Part shown: in pieces, positions 29,745 through 43,800 of the stretch
Layout of the letters: each line of letters starts with the position of its first letter
Numbering within the stretch: the first letter of the stretch is position 1
Assembly: GCA_964057225.1 (NCBI GenBank)
Contig: OZ059896.1
Span: 620,001 to 684,000, forward strand
Origin: Auanema rhodensis
Taxonomy: Eukaryota > Animalia > Nematoda
Length of the DNA: 64,000 nt
Direction: 5' to 3'
The notes under the pieces: model-generated
Seen by the model: only the letters and a program-made list of their open reading frames with translations
Told to the model about the DNA's origin: nothing
The model's database searches: none
Made by a program: the position numbers and the translations under genes

Positions 29745-29919
29745 CCATGAACCAATATCAATAAAAATTTGTTTTTAGACTAATATGGACATGGGGAATC
29801 TAATTTTGAGAACCGCATCTCTTTATCTTTCACGTGAAGCGAGTTACATACCAAGTGCACATTACCTGTACATTTAATTAGCATAATTAAAGTTCACGTA
29901 AATTTCAAAGTCATGGGTA
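29745..29919 (+). repeat. First 175-bp variant monomer (ATTACCTG + 1-bp deletion GCATAATT + GGGTACC); 17 deletion-bearing copies between 29.7 and 63.2 kb
   Basis: First phase shift in the window: the next monomer starts at 29920. The deletion recurs near 30.76, 33.05, 34.10, 35.48, 37.02, 41.35, 44.17, 45.57, 48.04, 48.39, 50.68, 51.03, 52.61, 60.53, 61.58 and 63.17 kb. Confidence 0.92.
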
Positions 29920-32900
29920 CCATGAACCAATATCAATAAAAATTTGTTTTTAGACTAATATGGACATGGGGAATCTAATTTTGAAAACCGCATCTCTTTA
30001 TCTTTCACGTGAAGCGAGTTACATACCAAGTGCACATCACGTGTACATTTAATTAGCATAAATTAAAGTTCACGTAAATTTCAAAGTCATGGTTACCATG
30101 AACCAATATCAATAAAAATTTGTTTTTAGACTAATATGGACATGGGGAATCTAATTTTGAAAACCGCATCTCTTTATCATTCACGTGAAGCGAGTTACAT
30201 ACCAAGTGCACATCACGTGTACATTTAATTAGCATAAATTAAAGTTCACGTAAATTTCAAAGTCATGGTTACCATGCACCAATATCAATAAACATTTGTT
30301 TTTAGACTAATATGGACATGGGGAATCTAATTTTGAAAACCGCATCTCTTTATCTTTTACGTGAAGCGAGTTACATACCAAGTGCACATCACGTGTACAT
30401 TTAATTAGCATAAATTAAAGTTCACGTAAATTTCAAAGTCATGGTTACCAAGCACCAATATCAATAAAAATTTGTTTTTAGACTAATATGGACATGGGAA
30501 ATCTAATTTTGAAAACCGCATCTCTTTATCTTTTACGTGAAGCGAGTTACATACCAAGTGCACATCACGTGTACATTTAATTAGCATAAATTAAAGTTCA
30601 CGTAAATTTCAAAGTCATGGTTACCAAGCACCAATATCAATAAAAATTTGTTTTTAGACTAATATGGACATGGGGAATCTAATTTTGAAAACCGCATCTC
30701 TTTATCTTTCACGTGAAGCGAGTTACATACCAAGTGCACATTACCTGTACATTTAATTAGCATAATTAAAGTTCACGTAAATTTCAAAGTCATGGGTACC
30801 ATGAACCAATATCAATAAAAATGTGTTTTTAGACTAATATGGACATGGGGAATCTAATTTTGAAAACCGCATCTCTTTATATTTCACGTGAAACGAGTTA
30901 CATACCAAGTGCACATCACGTGTACATTTAATTAGCATAAATTAAAGTTCACGTAAATTTCAAAGTCATGGTTACCATGAACCAATATCAATAAAAATTT
31001 GTTTTTAGACTAATATGGACATGGGGAATCTAATTTTGAAAACCGCATCTCTTTATCTTTCACGTGAAGCGAGTTACATACCAAGTGCACATCACGTGTA
31101 CATTTAATTAGCATAAATTAAAGTTCACGTAAATTTCAAAGTCATGGTTACCATGAACCAATATCAATAAAAATTTGTTTCTAGACTAATATGGACATGG
31201 GGAATCTAATTTTGAAAACCGCATCTCTTTATCATTCACGTGAAGCGAGTTACATACCAAGTGCACATCACGTGTACATTTAATTAGCATAAATTAAAGT
31301 TCACGTAAATTTCAAAGTCATGGTTACCATGCACCAATATCAATAAACATTTGTTTTTAGACTAATATGGACATGAGGAATCTACTTTTGAAAACCGCAT
31401 CTCTTTATCTTTCACGTGAAGCGAGTTACATACCAAGTGCACATGACGTGTACATTTAATTAGCATAAATTAAAGTTCACGTAAATTTCAAAGTCATGGT
31501 TACCAAGCACCAATATCAATAAAAATTTGTTTTTAGACTAATATGGACATGGGGAATCTAATTTTGAAAACCGCATCTCTTTATCTTTCACGTGAAGCGA
31601 GTTACATACCAAGTGCACATCACGTGTACATTTAATTAGCATAAATTAAAGTTCACGTAAATTTCAAAGTCATGGTTACCATGAACCAATATCAATAAAA
31701 ATTTGTTTTTAGACTAATATGGACATGGGGAATCTAATTTTGAAAACCGCATCTCTTTATCTTTCACGTGAAACGAGTTACATACCAAGTGCACATCACG
31801 TGTACATTTAATTAGCATAAATTAAAGTTCACGTAAATTTCAAAGTCATGGTTACCATGAACCAATATCAATAAAAATTTGTTTTTAGACTAATATGGAC
31901 ATGGGGAATCTAATTTTGAAAACCGCATCTCTTTATCTTTTACGTGAAGCGAGTTACATACCAAGTGCACATCACGTGTACATTTAATTAGCATAAATTA
32001 AAGTTCACGTAAATTTCAAAGTCATGGTTACCAAGCACCAATATCAATAAAAATTTGTTTTTAGACTAATATGGACATGGGGAATCTAATTTTGAAAACC
32101 GCATCTCTTTATCTTTCACGTGAAGCGAGTTACATACCAAGTGCACATCACGTGTACATTTAATTAGCATAAATTAAAGTTCACGTAAATTTCAAAGTCA
32201 TGGTTACCAAGCACCAATATCAATAAAAATTTGTTTTTAGACTAATATGGACATGGGGAATCTAATTTTGAAAACCGCATCTCTTTATCTTTCACGTGAA
32301 GCGAGTTACATACCAAGTGCACATCACGTGTACATTTAATTAGCATAAATTAAAGTTCACGTAAATTTCAAAGTCATGGTTACCATGAACCAATATCAAT
32401 AAAAATTTGTTTTTAGACTAATATGGACATGGGGAATCTAATTTTGAAAACCGCATCTCTTTATCTTTCACGTGAAACGAGTTACATACCAAGTGCACAT
32501 CACGTGTACATTTAATTAGCATAAATTAAAGTTCACGTAAATTTCAAAGTCATGGTTACCATGAACCAATATCAATAAAAATTTGTTTTTAGACTAATAT
32601 GGACATGGGGAATCTAATTTTGAAAACCGCAACTCTTTATCTTTTACGTGAAGCGAGTTACATACCAAGTGCACATCACGTGTACATTTAATTAGCATAA
32701 ATTAAAGTTCACGTAAATTTCAAAGTCATGGTTACCAAGCACCAATATCAATAAAAATTTGTTTTTAGACTAATATGGACATGGGGAATCTAATTTTGAA
32801 AACCGCATCTCTTTATCTTTCACGTGAAGCGAGTTACATACCAAGTGCACATCACGTGTACATTTAATTAGCATAAATTAAAGTTCACGTAAATTTCAAA

Positions 32901-34668
32901 GTCATGGTTACCATGAACCAATATCAATAAAAATTTGTTTTTAGACTAATATGGACATGGGGAATCTAATTTTGAAAACCGCATCTCTTTATCTTTCACG
33001 TGAAGCGAGTTACATACCAAGTGCACATTACCTGTACATTTAATTAGCATAATTAAAGTTCACGTAAATTTCAAAGTCATGGGTACCATGAACCAATATC
33101 AATAAAAATTTGTTTTTAGACTAATATGGACATGGGGAATCTAATTTTGAAAACCGCATCTCTTTATCTTTCACGTGAAGCGAGTTACATACCAAGTGCA
33201 CATCACGTGTACATTTAATTAGCATAAATTAAAGTTCACGTAAATTTCAAAGTCATGGTTACCATGAACCAATATCAATAAAAATTTGTTTTAAGACTAA
33301 TATGGACATGGGGAATCTAATTTTGAAAACCGCATCTCTTTATCATTCACGTGAAGCGAGTTACATACCAAGTGCACATCACGTGTACATTTAATTAGCA
33401 TAAATTAAAGTTCACGTAAATTTCAAAGTCATGGTTACCATGCACCAATATCAATAAACATTTGTTTTTAGACTAATATGGACATGAGGAATCTACTTTT
33501 GAAAACCGCATCTCTTTATCTTTCACGTGAAGCGAGTTACATACCAAGTGCACATGACGTGTACATTTAATTAGCATAAATTAAAGTTCACGTAAATTTC
33601 AAAGTCATGGTTACCATGAACCAATATCAATAAACATTTGTTTTTAGACTAATATGGACATGGGGAATCTAATTTTGAAAACCGCATCTCTTTATCATTC
33701 ACGTGAAGCGAGTTACATACCAAGTGCACATCACGTGTACATTTAATTAGCATAAATTAAAGTTCACGTAAATTTCAAAGTCATGGTTACCATGAACCAA
33801 TATCAATAAACATTTGTTTTTAGACTAATATGGACATGGGGAATCTAATTTTGAAAACCGCATCTCTTTATCTTTCACGTGAAGCGAGTTACATACCAAG
33901 TGCACATCACGTGTACATTTAATTAGCATAAATTAAAGTTCACGTAAATTTCAAAGTCATGGTTACCATGAACCAATATCAATAAAAATTTGTTTTTAGA
34001 CTGATATGGACATGGGGAATCTAATTTTGAAAACCGCATCTCTTTATCTTTCACGTGAAGCGAGTTACATACCAAGTGCACATTACCTGTACATTTAATT
34101 AGCATAATTAAAGTTCACGTAAAATTCAAAGTCATGGGTACCATGAACCAATATCAATAAAAATTTGTTTTTAGACTAATATGGACATGGGGAATCTAAT
34201 TTTGAAAACCGCATCTCTTTATCTTTCACGTGAAGCGAGTTACATACCAAGTGCACATCACGTGTACATTTAATTAGCATAAATTAAAGTTCACGTAAAT
34301 TTCAAAGTCATGGTTACCATGAACCAATATCAATAAAAATTTGTTTTTAGACTAACATGTACATGGGAAATCTAATTTTGAAAACCGCATCTCTTTATCT
34401 TTCATGTGAAGCGAGTTACGTACCAAGTGCACATCACGTGTACATTTAATTAGCATAAATTAAAGTTCACGTAAATTTCAAAGTCATGGTTACCATGAAC
34501 CAATATCAATAAAAATTTGTTTTTAGACTAATATGGACATGGGGAATCTAATTTTGAAAACCGCATCTCTTTATCTTTCACGTGAAGCGAGTTACATACC
34601 AAGTGCACATCACGTGTACATTTAATTAGCATAAATTAATGTTCACGTAAATTTCAAAGTCATGGTTA

Positions 34669-34809
34669 CCATGAACCAATATCAATAAAAATTTGTTTTT
34701 AGACTAACATGTACATGAGGAATTGAAGCGAGTTACATACCAAGTGCACATCACGTGTACATTTAATTAGCATAAATTAAAGTTCACGTAAATTTCAAAG
34801 TCATGGTTA
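34669..34809 (+). repeat. 141-bp deletion monomer (lacks monomer positions 56-90), copy 1
   Basis: Junction reads GTACATGAGGAAT|TGAAGCGAG. The next monomer starts at 34810. Confidence 0.96.
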
Positions 34810-36216
34810 CCATGCACCAATATCAATCAAAATTTGTTTTTAGACTAATATGGACATGGGGAATCTAATTTTGAAAACCGCATCTCTTTATCTTTCACGT
34901 GAAGCGAGTTACATACCAAGTGCACATCACGTGTACATTTAATTAGCATAAATTAAAGTTCACGTAAATTTCAAAGTCATGGTTATCATGAACCAATATC
35001 AATAAAAATTTGTTTTTAGACTAATATGGACATGGGAAATCTAATTTTGAAAACCGCATCTCTTTATCTTTTACGTGAAGCGAGTTACATACCAAGTGCA
35101 CATCACGTGTACATTTAATTAGCATAAATTAAAGTTCACGTAAATTTCAAAGTCATGGTTACCAAGCACCAATATCAATAAAAATTTGTTTTTAGACTAA
35201 TATGGACATGGGGAATCTAATTTTGAAAACCGCATCTCTTTATATTTCACGTGAAACGAGTTACATACCAAGTGCACATCACGTGTACATTTAATTAGCA
35301 TAAATTAAAGTTCACGTAAATTTCAAAGTCATGGTTACCATGAACCAATATCAATAAAAATTTGTTTTTAGACTAATATGGACATGGGGAATCTAATTTT
35401 GAAAACCGCATCTCTTTATCTTTCACGTGAAGCGAGTTACATACCAAGTGCACATTACCTGTACATTTAATTAGCATAATTAAAGTTCACGTAAATTTCA
35501 AAGTCATGGGTACCATGAACCAATATCAATAAAAATTTGTTTTTAGACTAATATGGACATGGGGAATCTAATTTTGAAAACCGCATCTCTTTATCTTTCA
35601 CGTGAAGCGAGTTACATACCAAGTGCACATCACGTGTACATTTAATTAGCATAAATTAAAGTTCACGTAAATTTCAAAGTCATGGTTACCATGAACCAAT
35701 ATCAATAAAAATTTGTTTCTAGACTAATATGGACATGGGGAATCTAATTTTGAAAACCGCATCTCTTTATCATTCACGTGAAGCGAGTTACATACCAAGT
35801 GCACATCACGTGTACATTTAATTAGCATAAATTAAAGTTCACGTAAATTTCAAAGTCATGGTTACCATGCACCAATATCAATAAACATTTGTTTTTAGAC
35901 TAATATGGACATGAGGAATCTACTTTTGAAAACCGCATCTCTTTATCTTTCACGTGAAGCGAGTTACATACCAAGTGCACATGACGTGTACATTTAATTA
36001 GCATAAATTAAAGTTCACGTAAATTTCAAAGTCATGGTTACCAAGCACCAATATCAATAAAAATTTGTTTTTAGACTAATATGGACATGGGGAATCTACT
36101 TTTGAAAACCGCATCTCTTTATCTTTCACGTGAAGCGAGTTACATACCAAGTGCACATGACGTGTACATTTAATTAGCATAAATTAATGTTCACGTAAAT
36201 TTCAAAGTCATGGTTA

Positions 36217-36357
36217 CCATGAACCAATATCAATAAAAATTTGTTTTTAGACTAACATGTACATGAGGAATTGAAGCGAGTTACATACCAAGTGCACATC
36301 ACGTGTACATTTAATTAGCATAAATTAAAGTTCACGTAAATTTCAAAGTCATGGTTA
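36217..36357 (+). repeat. 141-bp deletion monomer, copy 2
   Basis: Same junction GAGGAAT|TGAAGCG. The next monomer starts at 36358. Confidence 0.96.
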
Positions 36358-37940
36358 CCATGCACCAATATCAATCAAAATTTGTTTTTAGACTAATATG
36401 GACATGGGGAATCTAATTTTGAAAACCGCATCTCTTTATCTTTCACGTGAAGCGAGTTACATACCAAGTGCACATCACGTGTACATTTAATTAGCATAAA
36501 TTAAAGTTCACGTAAATTTCAAAGTCATGGTTATCATGAACCAATATCAATAAAAATTTGTTTTTAGACTAATATGGACATGGGAAATCTAATTTTGAAA
36601 ACCGCATCTCTTTATCTTTTACGTGAAGCGAGTTACATACCAAGTGCACATCACGTGTACATTTAATTAGCATAAATTAAAGTTCACGTAAATTTCAAAG
36701 TCATGGTTACCAAGCACCAATATCAATAAAAATTTGTTTTTAGACTAATATGGACATGGGGAATCTAATTTTGAAAACCGCATCTCTTTATATTTCACGT
36801 GAAACGAGTTACATACCAAGTGCACATCACGTGTACATTTAATTAGCATAAATTAAAGTTCACGTAAATTTCAAAGTCATGGTTACCATGAACCAATATC
36901 AATAAAAATTTGTTTTTAGACTAATATGGACATGGGGAATCTAATTTTGAAAACCGCATCTCTTTATCTTTCACGTGAAGCGAGTTACATACCAAGTGCA
37001 CATTACCTGTACATTTAATTAGCATAATTAAAGTTCACGTAAATTTCAAAGTCATGGGTACCATGAACCAATATCAATAAAAATTTGTTTTTAGACTAAT
37101 ATGGACATGGGGAATCTAATTTTGAAAACCGCATCTCTTTATCTTTCACGTGAAGCGAGTTACATACCAAGTGCACATCACGTGTACATTTAATTAGCAT
37201 AAATTAAAGTTCACGTAAATTTCAAAGTCATGGTTACCATGAACCAATATCAATAAAAATTTGTTTCTAGACTAATATGGACATGGGGAATCTAATTTTG
37301 AAAACCGCATCTCTTTATCATTCACGTGAAGCGAGTTACATACCAAGTGCACATCACGTGTACATTTAATTAGCATAAATTAAAGTTCACGTAAATTTCA
37401 AAGTCATGGTTACCATGCACCAATATCAATAAACATTTGTTTTTAGACTAATATGGACATGAGGAATCTACTTTTGAAAACCGCATCTCTTTATCTTTCA
37501 CGTGAAGCGAGTTACATACCAAGTGCACATGACGTGTACATTTAATTAGCATAAATTAAAGTTCACGTAAATTTCAAAGTCATGGTTACCAAGCACCAAT
37601 ATCAATAAAAATTTGTTTTTAGACTAATATGGACATGGGGAATCTAATTTTGAAAACCGCATCTCTTTATCTTTTACGTGAAGCGAGTTACATACCAAGT
37701 GCACATCACGTGTACATTTAATTAGCATAAATTAAAGTTCACGTAAATTTCAAAGTCATGGTTACCAAGCACCAATATCAATAAAAATTTGTTTTTAGAC
37801 TAATATGGACATGGGGAATCTAATTTTGAAAACCGCATCTCTTTATCTTTCACGTGAAGCGAGTTACATACCAAGTGCACATCACGTGTACATTTAATTA
37901 GCATAAATTAAAGTTCACGTAAATTTCAAAGTCATGGTTA

Positions 37941-38081
37941 CCATGAACCAATATCAATAAAAATTTGTTTTTAGACTAACATGTACATGAGGAATTGAAG
38001 CGAGTTACATACCAAGTGCACATCACGTGTACATTTAATTAGCATAAATTAAAGTTCACGTAAATTTCAAAGTCATGGTTA
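37941..38081 (+). repeat. 141-bp deletion monomer, copy 3
   Basis: Same junction. The next monomer (TCATG variant) starts at 38082. Confidence 0.96.
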
Positions 38082-40721
38082 TCATGAACCAATATCAATA
38101 AAAATTTGTTTTTAGACTAATATGGACATGGGAAATCTAATTTTGAAAACCGCATCTCTTTATATTTCACGTGAAACGAGTTACATACCAAGTGCACATC
38201 ACGTGTACATTTAATTAGCATAAATTAAAGTTCACGTAAATTTCAAAGTCATGGTTACCATGCACCAATATCAATAAACATTTGTTTTTAGACTAATATG
38301 GACATGGGGAATCTAATTTTGAAAACCGCATCTCTTTATCTTTCACGTGAAGCGAGTTACATACCAAGTGCACATGACGTGTACATTTAATTAGCATAAA
38401 TTAAAGTTCACGTAAATTTCAAAGTCATGGTTACCATGAACCAATATCAATGAAAATTTGTTTGTAGACTAATATGGACATGGGGAATCTAATTTTGAAA
38501 ACCGCATCTCTTTATCTTTCACGTGAAGCGAGTTACATACCAAGTGCACATCACGTGTACATTTAATTAGCATAAATTAAAATTCACGTAAATTTCAAAG
38601 TCATGGTTACCATGAACCAATATCAATAAAATTTTGTTTTTAGACTAATATGGACATGGGGAATCTAATTTTGAAAACCGCATCTCTTTATCTTTCACGT
38701 GAAGCGAGTTACATACCAAGTGCACATCACGTGTACATTTAATTAGCATAAATTAAAGTTCACGTAAATTTCAAAGTCATGGTTACCATGAACCAATATC
38801 AATAAAAATTTGTTTCTAGACTAATATGGACATGGGGAATCTAATTTTGAAAACCGCATCTCTTTATCATTCACGTGAAGCGAGTTACATACCAAGTGCA
38901 CATCACGTGTACATTTAATTAGCATAAATTAAAGTTCACGTAAATTTCAAAGTCATGGTTACCATGCACCAATATCAATAAACATTTGTTTTTAGACTAA
39001 TATGGACATGAGGAATCTACTTTTGAAAACCGCATCTCTTTATCTTTCACGTGAAGCGAGTTACATACCAAGTGCACATGACGTGTACATTTAATTAGCA
39101 TAAATTAAAGTTCACGTAAATTTCAAAGTCATGGTTACCAAGCACCAATATCAATAAAAATTTGTTTTTAGACTGATATGGACATGGGGAATCTAATTTT
39201 GAAAACCGCATCTCTTTATCTTTCACGTGAAGCGAGTTACATACCAAGTGCACATCACGTGTACATTTAATTAGCATAAATTAAAGTTCACGTAAATTTC
39301 AAAGTCATGGTTACCATGAACCAATATCAATAAAAATTTGTTTTTAGACTAATATGGACATGGGGAATCTAATTTTGAAAACCGCATCTCTTTATCTTTC
39401 ACGTGAAACGAGTTACATACCAAGTGCACATCACGTGTACATTTAATTAGCATAAATTAAAGTTCACGTAAATTTCAAAGTCATGGTTACCATGAACCAA
39501 TATCAATAAAAATTTGTTTTTAGACTAATATGGACATGGGGAATCTAATTTTGAAAACCGCATCTCTTTATCTTTCACGTGAAGCGAGTTACATACCAAG
39601 TGCACATCACGTGTACATTTAATTAGCATAAATTAAAGTTCACGTAAATTTCAAAGTCATGGTTACCAAGCACCAATATCAATAAAAATTTGTTTTTAGA
39701 CTAATATGGACATGGGAAATCTAATTTTGAAAACCGCATCTCTTTATCTTTCACGTGAAGCGAGTTACATACCAAGTGCACATCACGTGTACATTTAATT
39801 AGCATAAATTAAAGTTCACGTAAATTTCAAAGTCATGGTTACCATGCACCAATATCAATAAACATTTGTTTTTAGACTAATATGGACATGGGGAATCTAC
39901 TTTTGAAAACCGCATCTCTTTATCTTTCACGTGAAGCGAGTTACATACCAAGTGCACATGACGTGTACATTTAATTAGCATAAATTAAAGTTCACGTAAA
40001 TTTCAAAGTCATGGTTACCATGAACCAATATCAATGAAAATTTGTTTGTAGACTAATATGGACATGGGGAATCTAATTTTGAAAACCGCATCTCTTTATC
40101 TTTCACGTGAAGCGAGTTACATACCAAGTGCACATCACGTGTACATTTAATTAGCATAAATTAAAATTCACGTAAATTTCAAAGTCATGGTTACCATGAA
40201 CCAATATCAATAAAATTTTGTTTTTAGACTAATATGGACATGGGGAATCTAATTTTGAAAACCGCATCTCTTTATCTTTCACGTGAAGCGAGTTACATAC
40301 CAAGTGCACATCACGTGTACATTTAATTAGCATAAATTAAAGTTCACGTAAATTTCAAAGTCATGGTTACCATGAACCAATATCAATAAAAATTTGTTTT
40401 TAGACTAATATGGACATGGGAAATCTAATTTTGAAAACCGCATCTCTTTATCTTTCACGTGAAGCGAGTTACATACCAAGTGCACATCACGTGTACATTT
40501 AATTAGCATAAATTAAAGTTCACGTAAATTTCAAAGTCATGGTTACCATGAACCAATATCAATCAAAATTTGTTTTTAGACTAATATGGACATGGGGAAT
40601 CTAATTTTGAAAACCGCATCTCTTTATCTTTCACGTGAAGCGAGTTACATACCAAGTGCACATGACGTGTACATTTAATTAGCATAAATTAAAGTTCACG
40701 TAAATTTCAAAGTCATGGTTA

Positions 40722-40862
40722 CCATGCACCAATATCAATAAAAATTTGTTTTTAGACTAACATGTACATGAGGAATTGAAGCGAGTTACATACCAAGTGC
40801 ACATCACGTGTACATTTAATTAGCATAAATTAAAGTTCACGTAAATTTCAAAGTCATGGTTA
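40722..40862 (+). repeat. 141-bp deletion monomer, copy 4
   Basis: Same junction. The next monomer starts at 40863. Confidence 0.96.
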
Positions 40863-43800
40863 TCATGAACCAATATCAATAAAAATTTGTTTTTAGACTA
40901 ATATGGACATGGGAAATCTAATTTTGAAAACCGCATCTCTTTATCTTTTACGTGAAGCGAGTTACATACCAAGTGCACATCACGTGTACATTTAATTAGC
41001 ATAAATTAAAGTTCACGTAAATTTCAAAGTCATGGTTACCAAGCACCAATATCAATAAAAATTTGTTTTTAGACTAATATGGACATGGGGAATCTAATTT
41101 TGAAAACCGCATCTCTTTATATTTCACGTGAAACGAGTTACATACCAAGTGCACATCACGTGTACATTTAATTAGCATAAATTAAAGTTCACGTAAATTT
41201 CAAAGTCATGGTTACCATGAACCAATATCAATAAAAATTTGTTTTTAGACTAATATGGACATGGGGAATCTAATTTTGAAAACCGCATCTCTTTATCTTT
41301 CACGTGAAGCGAGTTACATACCAAGTGCACATTACCTGTACATTTAATTAGCATAATTAAAGTTCACGTAAATTTCAAAGTCATGGGTACCATGAACCAA
41401 TATCAATAAAAATTTGTTTTTAGACTAATATGGACATGGGGAATCTAATTTTGAAAACCGCATCTCTTTATCTTTCACGTGAAGCGAGTTACATACCAAG
41501 TGCACATCACGTGTACATTTAATTAGCATAAATTAAAGTTCACGTAAATTTCAAAGTCATGGTTACCATGAACCAATATCAATAAAAATTTGTTTCTAGA
41601 CTAATATGGACATGGGAAATCTAATTTTGAAAACCGCATCTCTTTATCTTTCACGTGAAGCGAGTTACATACCAAGTGCACATCACGTGTACATATAATT
41701 AGCATAAATTAAAGTTCACGTAAATTTCAAAGTCATGGTTACCATGAACCAATATCAATAAAAATTTGTTTTTAGACTAATATGGACATGGGGAATCTAA
41801 TTTTGAAAACCGCATCTCTTTATCTTTCACGTGAAACGAGTTACATACCAAGTGCACATCACGTGTACATTTAATTAGCATAAATTAAAGTTCACGTAAA
41901 TTTCAAAGTCATGGTTACCATGAACCAATATCAATAAAAATTTGTTTTTAGACTAATATGGACATGGGGAATCTAATTTTGAAAACCGCATCTCTTTATC
42001 TTTTACGTGAAGCGAGTTACATACCAAGTGCACATCACGTGTACATTTAATTAGCATAAATTAAAGTTCACGTAAATTTCAAAGTCATGGTTACCAAGCA
42101 CCAATATCAATAAAAATTTGTTTTTAGACTAATATGGACATGGGGAATCTAATTTTGAAAACCGCATCTCTTTATCTTTCACGTGAAGCGAGTTACATAC
42201 CAAGTGCACATCACGTGTACATTTAATTAGCATAAATTAAAATTCACGTAAATTTCAAAGTCATGGTTACCATGAACCAATATCAATAAAATTTTGTTTT
42301 TAGACTAATATGGACATGGGGAATCTAATTTTGAAAACCGCATCTCTTTATCTTTCACGTGAAGCGAGTTACATACCAAGTGCACATCACGTGTACATTT
42401 AATTAGCATAAATTAAAGTTCACGTAAATTTCAAAGTCATGGTTACCATGAACCAATATCAATAAAAATTTGTTTTTAGACTAATATGGACATGGGAAAT
42501 CTAATTTTGAAAACCGCATCTCTTTATCTTTCACGTGAAGCGAGTTACATACCAAGTGCACATCACGTGTACATTTAATTAGCATAAATTAAAGTTCACG
42601 TAAATTTCAAAGTCATGGTTACCATGCACCAATATCAATAAACATTTGTTTTTAGACTAATATGGACATGGGGAATCTACTTTTGAAAACCGCATCTCTT
42701 TATCTTTCACGTGAAGCGAGTTACATACCAAGTGCACATGACGTGTACATTTAATTAGCATAAATTAAAGTTCACGTAAATTTCAAAGTCATGGTTACCA
42801 TGAACCAATATCAATGAAAATTTGTTTGTAGACTAATATGGACATGGGGAATCTAATTTTGAAAACCGCATCTCTTTATCTTTCACGTGAAGCGAGTTAC
42901 ATACCAAGTGCACATCACGTGTACATTTAATTAGCATAAATTAAAATTCACGTAAATTTCAAAGTCATGGTTACCATGAACCAATATCAATAAAATTTTG
43001 TTTTTAGACTAATATGGACATGGGGAATCTAATTTTGAAAACCGCATCTCTTTATCTTTCACGTGAAGCGAGTTACATACCAAGTGCACATCACGTGTAC
43101 ATTTAATTAGCATAAATTAAAGTTCACGTAAATTTCAAAGTCATGGTTACCATGAACCAATATCAATAAAAATTTGTTTTTAGACTAATATGGACATGGG
43201 AAATCTAATTTTGAAAACCGCATCTCTTTATCTTTCACGTGAAGCGAGTTACATACCAAGTGCACATCACGTGTACATTTAATTAGCATAAATTAAAGTT
43301 CACGTAAATTTCAAAGTCATGGTTACCATGAACCAATATCAATCAAAATTTGTTTTTAGACTAATATGGACATGGGGAATCTAATTTTGAAAACCGCATC
43401 TCTTTATCTTTCACGTGAAGCGAGTTACATACCAAGTGCACATCACGTGTACATTTAATTAGCATAAATTAAAGTTCACGTAAATTTCAAAGTCATGGTT
43501 ATCATGAACCAATATCAATAAAAATTTGTTTTTAGACTAATATGGACATGGGAAATCTAATTTTGAAAACCGCATCTCTTTATCTTTTACGTGAAGCGAG
43601 TTACATACCAAGTGCACATCACGTGTACATTTAATTAGCATAAATTAAAGTTCACGTAAATTTCAAAGTCATGGTTACCAAGCACCAATATCAATAAAAT
43701 TTGTTTTTAGACTAATATGGACATGGGGAATCTAATTTTGAAAACCGCATCTCTTTATCTTTCACGTGAAGCGAGTTACATACCAAGTGCACATCACGTG

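Larger units (their letters stand above)
34669..37764 (+). repeat. 9-monomer (1548 bp) higher-order duplication carrying one 141-bp and one 175-bp monomer
   Basis: 1548 = 141+175+7x176. The order deletion / AATCAAA / TTATCATG / CCAAGC+TATATTT+GAAACG / 175-mer / consensus / TTTCTAG+TCATTC / AAACAT+GAGG+TACTTT+ATGACG / CCAAGC is repeated. The last monomer differs between copies. Confidence 0.9.

Noticed and set aside
1542-39277. Five 60-aa minus-strand ORFs (MLIKCTRDV...) at 1542, 25654, 27062, 33923 and 39095
   Set aside because: Each spans about one monomer and exists only where a SNP in GACTAAT (GAATAAT, GACTCAT, GACTGAT) removes a minus-strand stop. 176 is not a multiple of 3, there is no recognisable domain, and the other ~360 monomers are closed.
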